The translations under genes and the position numbers were made by a program. A stretch of 62,501 nt of DNA, the filler included, from Choristocarpus tenellus KU-1152 (taxonomy: Eukaryota > Protista > Phaeophyceae), in NCBI GenBank assembly GCA_964200185.2. It is 14 parts of 14 records of this genome, joined end to end, with 100 filler letters (N's around TTAATTAATTAA, not from the genome) between each part and the next. Parts side by side here need not be neighbours in the genome. Positions count along the whole stretch, not along the records: positions 1 to 3,223 come from CAXNAD020021428.1; positions 3,324 to 10,383 come from CAXNAD020006769.1; 12 more parts are not named here. The stretch is one strand, 5' to 3'. Positions 1 through 10,483 of the stretch are shown here, piece after piece. A model generated the notes under the pieces. That model was given only the letters and a program-made list of their open reading frames with translations. It did no database searches and was not told the origin of the DNA. Within the stretch, counting starts at the first letter, position 1; each line of letters begins with the position of its first letter.

Positions 1-1082
1 GGGAGAAGAGGGGGGGGGGGAGAAGGGGAGAAAGGAGAAAGGAAATTTGGAGAGTATAAGAAGGGGGGGGGGGGGGGGGAAAGAGGCAGGGGTTTGTCTT
101 ACAGTAGGGGGTGGGGCGCACCAGGATCGCAACAAAGGAGTGTAATTGGGGGGTGCGTGAGGGTGAAAAAAACGATTGGGCCTTACTATGCTTCACTATG
201 AGTGCCAGTCAGTATCAACCTCCATGCTGAAGGAAAACTAGTCCTCAAGGACACGGTAGACGTTGGATGAGGCATTGTGACTCGATAAAGCTCTATTGCT
301 TGCAAGCATTACAAGTTGCAGATTCTAACAAACTCAGATAGTGCTCAGTGGAACCTTGTGGAGGTGGGCTCCGTGTAGTCTCACACATACAGATTTTGCG
401 AGATTATCGGTGGCTACATAGGGCTCTAGAGATTCGGACTGGATCATAGCAGTTGAGCGAATTTTACAACGCAGTTGAAGGACTTGTACAAAACTCACTA
501 TTGTTGCTAAGACAACGACATATTAGGAGTTGCAAGAAGTGCAAACAAGCAGGAGCTTTCACGAAGCACGTGTTGGATCTTCTACATGGATGCAAGGAGG
601 ATAAAGCAGCACATCAGCAGCACATAGATTTGTTCCATCTACAACGAGGCAAGGGTTCGCTAAAGAGGGGATGGCAATGGCAAATTGGAGGGATAGTGAG
701 AGGAATGGCACTCTCTGCGGAAAGGGCGCTGACAGTCTGCCCCAATTGCCCGCTTACTGAAGAAGGGGAGAAAAATGATCTTACCGAGGTTCCTCTCCTG
801 CGAGCCTCCATTATCACCGTAGTTGGTTATGCAGAACCTTGTCAGTGAGTTTGTTTGTGTGGGTTGTGATGGGGTGTTGGTTGAGGATCCATTCAAAAGA
901 GGATGCCGTCGGTATTTATTGTCAAAGTCAAAAAGTAAGTTTGACAACCAAATAATCGCGGTTGAGATGATACGATGATACCCATTGCTTGTCCATCAGA
1001 ACTACAGCTTCCTCTGATACTGTCTCTATACTCTGACCTCGTAAGGAGGAGTTCGTTCACATCTTGAGTCTGGCTTATCTGC

Positions 1083-1132
1083 ACATATCCACATATCCAC
1101 ATATCCACATCTCCACATCTCCACATCTCCAC
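1083..1132. repeat. 8-bp tandem repeat (ACATATCC/ACATCTCC)n
   Basis: acatatccacatatccacatatccacatctccacatctccacatctccac is directly visible. Confidence 0.9.
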
Positions 1133-1501
1133 CTACATAATATATCGGTCGGTCTTATCAATATGAAACGGTCGGTATTAAATTCACTTTCACATTTTGA
1201 TCTATTTACACCTCGAGCACGATACAGACACATAGGAAGGTTTGACCCGTCAACCTCTCATTGCAAAACTTGACTGGCGAAGAGAACTTATCACCAGTTG
1301 GATTGGTAGTTAGCCACCACATTTAACCAAGTGTTCTATCAAGACTGAGGTCCTCTTGGTCTTGAGTTAGGAGAAGGACGTCGAGACCTGAGCGACACTG
1401 GATTGGAAGAGAATTGGATCGGGGAAGCTGCTAAGCTTATTCGTTGTCTTGCTTAGCTGGAGGAAATTGGAACACATCATCTTCACTGTGGTCAATTGAG
1501 T

Positions 1502-1605
1502 ATGTCGGTGATGTTGGAGACTTCGCTGGGTGAGGTCGTGATAGACCTCTTCTGCGACGAGACCCCATTAGCTACCAAGAATTTTCTCAAGCTTTGCAAG
1601 ACCAA
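1502..1605 (+). CDS. PPIL4: First coding exon of cyclophilin-RRM peptidyl-prolyl isomerase (PPIL4/CYP59-like); downstream exons not found on this contig
   Basis: ATG at 1502 reads [34 protein letters not shown](K), then a GTGAG donor at 1606 (phase 2). This matches the PPIL4 N-terminus pattern LETxLGxxVIDL...NFLKLCKxK. Too short to appear in the ORF track. Confidence 0.78.
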
Positions 1606-3165
1606 GTGAGATTATATTGACTTGGATAGCCTTAGCCTTGAGGTTATTGGTGTCACATAAATTTGGTGTCCTGGAGTGATGAATTGTGTCGATGAATTGT
1701 GTCGAGCCCTAGACAGCTGGGTTTGCATCTTGAGCAATGATGTTGATGGTCATTCTTTGTCGACTTGAGGGCTTTGGTATCACAAGAGACCATGTCGATC
1801 GTAAAACTTAAGTACTGATAGTTTAATTGTCTCAAATGCGATGAGATTCTAGGATAGCATATAGACAGCTCATTGGTCATATCCCTCAAGCAAGTCGAAG
1901 AACCTTTTCAAACCGATGAAGGGTTGAGACTCATCCATGTACAAATCTCAAGATTAATTTGCAACACGATGTTTATCGCAATCTACGGCATGTAAAGATT
2001 GGAATAGACAAAAAAAAAAGTATTCAAGGTAATGTCGTCGCAGCACCACGAGCAAAGACTCGTGCTAATGTTGACTATGGTACTTGTGGACCTGAAGACC
2101 TCCTTCAGGCAAATGCGTTGCCCACTCCCTCCCTGCTTTTGGAAGAGAAGGACTTGTGTTCGAAGTTGCTCCAAGATGCACTTCCCTCGTCTCATACACA
2201 CCCCACCGAGTTCCCTCTTTTCTTCTTGAGCAGACCTGGTGAGTGCATCACATGTAATTCATTTGGTGAAGGAGTTTCTGAATCGTTGGGCACATTCTAG
2301 GTCAAGCTCATCTCTTTTCTCTGAACTTGTCAATACACAAGTGACTATCCCATTATTCTCAGTCCAGCAAAGTGGATACGTGTTTGTATGGTTCGTCCTT
2401 TTGACTATGCCTCACAGACTTTGGGGAGTTCAGTAAACGTACAGGCATGATGAGAGTTCTTGCATTGGTAATGGACGCATATCTTCAATCAGGCCCCATA
2501 GAGACCAGACATGTCCACCGTAGTTCAACTCATAGGAAGGGCTAATTTCACTTGACGCATAAGGTTCCTGCTATGCTGCACACTCAACATAGCCCAGTGA
2601 TTCAGGGAATCCACGTGTAACTCTTCTCAACACCAGCCACTCTATTGCCACCTGTAGTAGTAGATGGTTCGAGGTGCAAAGCGGGTAGCGTAAGTTTTTT
2701 TTTTTTTAAGAAGTAGGAATGATCCAATCACACAAACAAAAAATGATTTATTTATATTTTTTAACTCCTGGTTCTAAAAAAGAAAAAAAACACACACACA
2801 CACAGTAATAATATGCATAGAATTTTATCTCTGTCAAGGGTTAGGGTTAAGTCATCCCAACCGTCGTTGCTGGCACACCTTACCGTCCATTTGTTTTATG
2901 GAAGGCCTTTCACTACCCCAGTGAAGCTCTATTCCATGGCCGCCACTCACCCTGAATCCACCGTAGCTCTGAAGAGCCTCGACCCTAGAGGCGACGGAGG
3001 GGCCCAGTGCTTGCCGTGTTGCATGTAAGCTATGTACATTGTAGAGAGACGAATGATATGTAGAGGTAGGCGGTGCACTTCCGGGAAGATTATTTAAATA
3101 GCTCAGTGATGTCATTCCTCTCCACTTCCACCCTTCACCCCTTACCCCCCCCCCCCCCCCCCCCC

Positions 3166-3198
<33 letters not shown>

Positions 3199-3223
3199 AA
3201 AAAACGGCCCCCGCCCCCCCCTG

Positions 3224-3323
3224 NNNNNNNNNNNNNNNNNNNNNNNNNNNNNNNNNNNNNNNNNNNNTTAATTAATTAANNNNNNNNNNNNNNNNNNNNN
3301 NNNNNNNNNNNNNNNNNNNNNNN
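3224..3323. other. Artificial contig spacer N44-TTAATTAATTAA-N44 (13 in the window, starting at about 3224, 10384, 16841, 19525, 22758, 27141, 32520, 39385, 42408, 45627, 49107, 52557, 57417)
   Basis: The same 12-mer, which gives stop codons in all six frames, is embedded in N runs. Genes and TEs are cut off abruptly at these points. Confidence 0.97.
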
Positions 3324-3414
3324 CCATCCTCAATGAAAAGCTCCATCCTCAATTTTTGAAATCGGCTTTTATATGTATTTAATAGTACCTACTTCAAAGA
3401 AATGTATATTCTTT

Positions 3415-3680
3415 TTTTTGTGCCCTCTGACATTTGGAGATGTGTCAGGGTAAAAAACAATGAAGACTATATTCACGTGTCAGAAAAATCCCTTAAAAAG
3501 TAACAGCTGTCATAAATGTGAGAAATATTTATCAATTTACTATTTTACTATCAGTTATGTTGTACCATTGCCCTCCTGTGCCTCCAACCTACCTTTGTCC
3601 TGCACCCCACCCAAGGTAAGGAGCTAGGGAAGGATCCCAATAATCTAACAAACCTCTCCTTGCCCATCTCCCTTATCATT
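3415..3680 (-). mobile_element. 5'-truncated 3' end (3'UTR) of CRE-like non-LTR retrotransposon, tandem with the next copy
   Basis: Co-linear with 3768-4020 and, in reverse, with 20500-20720. Ends in the CTGACA...TGTCAG hairpin followed by an A-rich tail. Confidence 0.7.
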
Positions 3681-3754
3681 TACAGTTATACATGGCCTAT
3701 TATTCAGAGGAACGGTATTACATAAGCATCAGTATATCACACTACACTGTAGTA

Positions 3755-4330
3755 CTTATTATTATTATGCCCTTTGACATTTTACAGATGTGTCAGGGAA
3801 AACATCAATTCAATATTCTATATCATAAGGACCCCTGTAAAAGTAACAGTGGCCATAAATATAAGGTATATTTCCTAAATCTATTTTCTATTTGACTACC
3901 AGCTATACTACACCATTCCCCTGCTATGCCTCCAACCTAGCTTAGCCCTACACCATAGGGCGAGGAGCTAGGGAAACATCCCAAGAATCTGACAGGCCCC
4001 TACTTGCCCATCCCCCTGGTGTCTCCAGCTTAAAACGCATGACACATCTTGGTAGATCCACTTGTGTAGTGATAGACACTATCTGTCATAAACAGGATTT
4101 GACATCTCTTTTCCAGCTGTAACCTCCCGCCCCTCCCACCCCTACCGCGTGTGTAGCCAAATCATCCAGAAAAATATCTCCTTGCTTACCGAGACGCTCA
4201 AAACTTTCCACCGTGAAGGTGTTGAGGTTAAAATTACGAGGGTCAAAATAACCCTCGTAGGGGGTGCACTTTCGCGCGTGCAGCATACTCTGTACACCAT
4301 AACAGTTGAGGATCTTATAAAATCGAGTGA
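3755..4330 (-). mobile_element. 3' portion of CRE-like (RLE-type) non-LTR retrotransposon, degenerate
   Basis: The minus strand encodes ARKCTPYEGYFDPRNFNLNTFTVESFERLGKQGDIFLDDLATHAVG..GAGGYS, homologous to 20130-20551 (+). A 3'UTR hairpin and ATAATAATAAATA tail follow. Confidence 0.75.
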
Positions 4331-7300
4331 TTCCGATTCCAGTCCACACCTGTGTGTGTGTCTGTGCGTTTGTCTGCCTGTCTTTACCTCTGTCTGTCTA
4401 TTCGTAACCACTACCACCGATTCTCGTTCTCACAAACATACTCGTGCCAATGGCTCCTATTAATCAGTATCCTAGAAAGAAAAGGGGGGACGACCTCCCA
4501 CGGATTTGGATGGTTCTAACCGGCTCTAGATCATCACCGATACTAAAGCTGCTCTCAACGATAGCGCACTTCTGCTCGACATCTCACGATTGCCGGAGTT
4601 GCGGTGTGATCTTCATACTCACAAGTGTAGTTAATATAGGGTCGTTGAGGTTGACGATCTCCTCCAATTATTTGTGCAGAATATACAACAACAGCCTGGT
4701 TGCAATAGGTAGGAGATAACAACTTGGAAGTCAGAAAAAAATCGACACATCAATAATTTTTTCACAATCTGACAATGTGTAAGCTGCTCAATTCAATTAA
4801 TTTGTCTTTCCCTAGCTCTAACCGGTTCTACTTTTCTATTTATATAATGCATGTATACCTCTGCGTAATCCGAAGCACTTTGTGAAGACTTGGTGTCGTA
4901 GATAACGAGATCTTGGGTTTTTCACGTCTGCTTGCAGTGCCTTTTGTGTTCTGAACCAAAGTAATTGAAAGGTAGGCAAGGTTGCATTTTAAGGATCCTG
5001 AGAAAGGAAAATATGCCATCTTTCTACCGATACAGAAAGATCATTCGCTTAATTGTGGCGTTACTTTGTATGTGGAAGTTCAATTATCAAACTTGCGTAC
5101 ACCATTGTGCACATACATGAAGGTATTGCATGGGGTAAGAAATATTCCTTAGAATGCAAAAGGGTCCAAACTTGCCAACAAGTTTATTGGTTAGGCTCTC
5201 TACTCATTATTATACATTCCATGTCCCATCACATATTGCTCTATAGCACTACTATTAAAATAAGTATAATTAAAATACTGTGACGTGTGTCTTATAGAGT
5301 GCCTTTTTCTTGTGGGGCAGTTAGTTGCACATGCCATGTGTCTAACGTTCAAGTCGAGAGCGATGCTGAGACAGGTCCTCCAGCAAAATATGGAGGGAGG
5401 AGGTGGAGGAGGAACGTACAAGTGTAGGAGTACCCACAACAAAAAAATACAATTAGTAGTACAACAACTACTCTTGTTGTCTTATTCTACAATATACTCA
5501 GAAATAGATGCATGGGGAGTAGTGTGGTGTGGGGGTTGGTGTCTTAAGACGTCTCGAGAAAAACAGAAGATCACCCATCACACAATCTCGGGCTTTGCAT
5601 GTTTGAATCCACTGTTCATGTGGGGATTACCGCGAGCCCTTCGTGAGTCTGACCCACACCACATCGCTTTGGTTTCAACGAAAAAAGGTGGCGCGCGCAA
5701 ATTTGTACGATAGCGCGCATTATCCTCATCACTGTTAGTAGAACCTCAAAAAAGGGAACTTGTCCCTGTAAGAGGTAGTCGTAGCAGTCGTTATGTTTTT
5801 TTATGAATGTGCGTTTCTGTTATATATTGGATATATGAATAATATCTGAGAATTGTAGTCTCGAAAATTATAATTGTGGTAATAATGAAGAGGGAGAAGC
5901 GGTTGAATGTTGGATATTACAACATATAATATATCCGGAACAACGATCTTGCAGAACCATAAAATATGGTGAAGGTCAGAAAAGAATAATATCAACTGCC
6001 TACATATATTAATACTCTAATACTGTAATAGGACACCGGTCAACAACTAATTGATGGAGTTGGTTGGCATCGACCTCAACACACCTTCAAAGATTGTACA
6101 TTATAGGTCGATTGTTAATCATATTGATGGCTCGAGAAAGAAGAGATCCCAGGTACCTGGAACGAAGGACACACAACTTTGGTGGAGTTATTGTTTGCCT
6201 TCACTACTTCATCTACAAGACCCCACTCTCTTCAAAATGAAACCGTTCTGTGTGAGTGGAAAGTCCGATGCTGAAAGCGCTAGCATCACTGCATGGAGCT
6301 GGGGCCCAGGAGAAGTCCGATTTAACGCCTTCCTTTCCGTGGTTGCTATGTATTTGTGCCATGCCACAGTATCGGCACTTCAAGAACACTTGTTCACCTA
6401 TCGTGACCGAGACGTTGCGAGGGCAAGGGAAGTGGACAGGTGGGAGTTCGGTGGAGGTATATTTTCGTCCTCGTCTTATGACTTCTGAGCAGGCATCTGT
6501 TCCCACTACGCCAACCTACGCTGTACGCATGGTAATAGTAGATGTTTGCACAACAGTAGACCCTCAAACAACAATCGATTGGATCGGGGAGAACTTTGAT
6601 ACTTCATTGATCCTGATATTGACGGGCCTTTGCATGGCTAGGACCAACTAGAACCAGTTTTGATCGTCCCTTAGCTGTGGTGGGAACAGGTTGCGCCATC
6701 TGAGTTAGGATGACCTCCAATAGACTTCAGGCATACCTCATTTTTACATAACAACCTACACATTGACCCACCCTGCCTAGTGGGCTGGCTCTCTGACTTC
6801 CGTGCCCAAAAGTTAACAAGAAGTGCTACTATTTGAGAAGGATTTGTGACAGACCGCAAAGCAAGAGTTGGTGCCTCTCCGTGCCAACCCCTCAAATCGT
6901 TCGTGATCTTCCAGGTTTCAGGCTTCAACCCCTCTTCTGTTGCTGAAGTACGTGGTGAGCGTGACTGTAGCTGGTGCAGTGATCACCATGCGTGGCGGCA
7001 CTTCCCTTTCGAAGGCGAGAAAGAGGGGAACTGAAACCCTACAGAATTGGATATTACCTATTGTTTAGAATCCTCTTACGTTCTCGACCCCTCCTTGTTC
7101 CATCATAACTTACTTCATTGAGTGTTGTCGAGGTCTACACACCTACACATCTCCCAAGGAACTCATCATGTATTGGAAGATTTGAATGGAACGTTGATTG
7201 GAACATGATCTTCTTGCTGTCAAATGAGTGAGCGACAGGACAATAACGAGTTGTACATAATGTATTTATTTTGGAACTGTGCTTATATATAAAAAAAACA

Positions 7301-7339
7301 GAATGCTTCGAACTACTTCCTCTTTTCATCATCCCTTCG

Positions 7340-7516
7340 GGGTCAAAGTATCTAGGGGGGGGTGCCGGCGTCCGTTTTTCACCCTTTTTTCGATTTTCAC
7401 GTTTTTGGTGTGATTTGGTCGCACGTGTCGGATTTTAAATGTCAACAAAAAGAGAGTTGTTTGACCGAAACGGACGCCCCCTCACAAGCCATACACACCC
7501 CCAGATACTTTGAGTC
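7340..7516. mobile_element. MITE (CAAAGTATCT-G-tract family B), short complete copy
   Basis: TIRs gggtcaaagtatct...agatactttgagtc, with internal inverted ggcgtccgttt/aaacggacgcc. Confidence 0.75.
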
Positions 7517-7883
7517 AATGTAATGTATGAGAAGAGAACATAGCTGAACTTCTGGGGCACAGTGATATCTATAACATTTCAACGATGTGCTCCATGTGAC
7601 TCTGTAATAGTAGTAAGTCTCCGCTGGATACCAACCAACACTATACTCACTCTAAGAAACCTGATGGTAAAGCAGTTAGACAGGAATTCTCTTAGCCAAA
7701 CGTATCCGTGTCCACTCAGTATTCGTGGCAAGTATTTTGCTGCTGAGAGAACCAAGGCACAAATATTAAGGGAGAGACTTACTTTTTATGCTAGTGTCAA
7801 CTAGCACCTAAGAGGTCAGATGCCCTTCCTACTGCTATCTGCTCAGATTACTCAGTAGATCAAAAGGAAGCAAGGCACCTTAC

Positions 7884-10046
7884 AGCAGGAATTTGATCTG
7901 ACTCCCCACTCTTCAGGATTTCCGCTGGTGCAACAGAAGAGTGCAATCCCCAGGACGGCATGCCTCCACCAAACGATGATCTCCTTTCAGCCGGTTGGAC
8001 TAGGAGTGGGTCTGTGTCAGGCACCTTGTATGGCTTAGACCATGGCGGCAGACCTCTCTCCTTACTTGACGGCCCCTCATCATCCCGTCTCTCATCTTCC
8101 CAGGCACCTGATGTTTCATTTTTTGATGACATCTCAGGTTTCAAGTTCTTTGACACAGAGGTAGGCTGTTCCATATCACCATTTGAAAATGCTGTAGACA
8201 TCCATGACAATACCCCGTTCCTATTACTTGTGGCATCTTCATTACCCTGGGCACTACTGTTGCTGTGACTTCCAGAGCAACTCTTGGCACTCGTTCCACC
8301 TGGAGGAGCAACCTTTGGCCAATTAATGATTCCCATGCCCCGACCAGGCACCATGGACACCCCCCGGCCTCGACCATGTACCCCCACTCCCAGCTTGGGT
8401 CCAATCCTTCCTATTCCAGGCCTGGGTCGCATTATATCTCTTCCAGGTTTGGGGCTCATTTGTGGTGGCCTCCTGCCTGCTCGTGACTGATGCAATATTA
8501 TGCCCCTGCCCATGGTCAATACAATTCCCCTCCCTCGCATAGGATATGCCCACCTCCCCACTGTCAAACATCTGTCTGACGTATGCCTTATAGTTGTAGT
8601 TTGCCTGGGGCTCATGTCAGACCTTGCACACATCCTTCCTTCCCTAGACCCCTGGAATTCTGTCCGAAGCCCCATAAATCCCGTCCCTCGTCCACCCCGG
8701 CCCATGTCTCTTGCTGCTCCACGCACAAACTCCATGCCTGACCTTGGCCCCATGTTAGGACAACGCCCTACGCCTGGCGTAGGTCCCATTCGACGTCTCA
8801 GTCCCATTCCAAACCGAGCCCCTTGTCCTCTTGCTGGTCGGGGGCAGTTCATACCCATTGGTGGAGGCAATGGACCAGACAAAGGGTGCCTGGCATTACT
8901 GAGACGACGCTGGGTAGGTGGTCTTTCGCCACTTCCCCCAAGCGTATCAGGGGGGTTTGGGATCGAACCAGTGCGGTCCACAAGCTGAGATTGGCTCCTG
9001 GCGCTTGAGGGCCTACACACAGTAGTTCGAGATATCAAGGAGGACAGGAGGATCATATTTATGTTTTCTATCCTGTGCAAGGATCAGGACAGGATGGCAA
9101 CACTCATCTCATGTCTTTTCGTGTAGGGTGGGTAGACCTCACCTGTGCTTCACCATGCAATCTATGCCGGAAACCGAGCTTTGCAAGGCTGCAGGATCAG
9201 CGGTTCTACTCTGCCTTCTAAGTGACAGCCTTTGGTCTCCCTGCAGGGAAGGTGAGGTGCTTGGGCGACGGTCATGTATGTCCAGCGCTGACGTACTTAT
9301 CATCTGTAGGAAATAGGATCATCCCAATCTTATTCACAATTGTTAGGTTGTTGTCACATCAAGGGGGTGAAGGCTTTCTAAACCGATCTAGTCACTGCAC
9401 TGAGCTCATGTATGAAAGAATCTTAGAGGGTAGGACCTTTGCCCTTTTTGTTCATTTAGGGTTTGGCTTCCTGCGTTTTTTTTTTACATTTTCCTACTCC
9501 GAAGGTTTCGGAGTAGGAAAAATGTATACCTTATGAAAAGATGTGTTCGGTACAGCGATATTGACACTTCCTAACAAACGCAATAGTCAAAATTACATCA
9601 AAATCACAACATTAGATTTTAGCCCCCAAACGGACGAAACTCTACCCTCTAAGACACTTTGACTCTCATTTCATCCTGTTTGGAGCAAGCAGTGAGGTCT
9701 AGAGAACTCTCTCTTGTCGAGCAGATGCCGGATCGAAGCCTTGCAAGCTCGTTTGTAGGGTCATTAAGCCAACCATTTCCTTCACGTCCTTACAGTACTC
9801 ATGGAGGTTTTATCTGCAGAGCTTCTGACGTACCTCTGTCACCCAACCCGGATTCGTTCCGGTTTTTTCTGATTCTTCCTCCAATTCTCTCATCGCTACT
9901 GGTGCCTCATCGGTTCCAGCCACGGCAATTCCCACCTCCTCCACATGTTCCTGTCCTCCAAGAGTGCATCCGAAGAAGAGCATACCACACCCTCCACGAG
10001 GGCTTGGATCTGGCTCAGTATGTTGATTGGTTTTGAGGGACGACAT
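7884..10046 (-). CDS. Orphan spliced gene encoding an Arg/Gly/Met/Pro-rich low-complexity protein; exons 10046-9834, 9303-9143, 9072-7884; 3' end not identified
   Basis: Three open exons joined by canonical GT-AG introns with consistent phases: GTACGT donor phase 0, 70-nt intron GTGAG...TTGCACAG phase 2, GTAAG donor at 7883. Reads MSSLKTNQH...GWVTE|MISTSALD...VKHR|IENINM...GRGMG-rich...DQIPA. Confidence 0.7.
9410..9665. mobile_element. MITE family A (~255 bp) in intron 1 of the RG-rich gene
   Basis: TIR aaagaatcttagagggtag / ctaccctctaagacactttg and internal hairpin ttcctactccgaaggtttcggagtaggaa. Flanked by TCAT on both sides. Homologous to 20936-21195, 42963-43215 and 45727-45954. Confidence 0.85.
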
Positions 10047-10319
10047 GGCGACAATGGAGAAAGTCGCCACCTTCAAAGAATGTACAATTGAGAAAAGGTG
10101 GAGCAAGGCACAATGATTGTAACTGTTGGGCGTCGAAAATGTTGTAACAGGGATAACCCTTCCCCCACTAGAGCTCTAGGCTCTTGGCAAATGTTGTTTG
10201 CTGAGTCGAGGGGAGTGGGAAGGGTGGTTTTTCGCTTAGTTTTTAGTCCGAGTTTGACGTTTCGTTTATAGTATAATATAATAGGTGAAAGTATTCAACC
10301 ACCAGTTTTATATGTTTAT

Positions 10320-10383
10320 ATTATTTTATTATGCCCTCTGACATTTTGCAGATGTGTCAGGAGAAAACCAATGGAAACTATAT
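10320..10383 (-). mobile_element. Extreme 3' end of CRE-like LINE (hairpin and tail) at contig end
   Basis: tgccctctgacattttgcagatgtgtcagg matches 3421-3450 and 3768-3797. Confidence 0.6.
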
Positions 10384-10483
10384 NNNNNNNNNNNNNNNNN
10401 NNNNNNNNNNNNNNNNNNNNNNNNNNNTTAATTAATTAANNNNNNNNNNNNNNNNNNNNNNNNNNNNNNNNNNNNNNNNNNNN

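Noticed and set aside
453-848. 131-aa ORF with CxxC pairs
   Set aside because: Non-ATG start, no recognisable family and no splice support.
3268-3279. TTAATTAATTAA recurring regularly as a possible biological repeat, and ORFs ending in LIN
   Set aside because: Always embedded in N runs; it is an artificial linker.
7960-8988. Plus-strand Pro-rich ORFs
   Set aside because: Antisense shadows of the minus-strand RG-rich exon.
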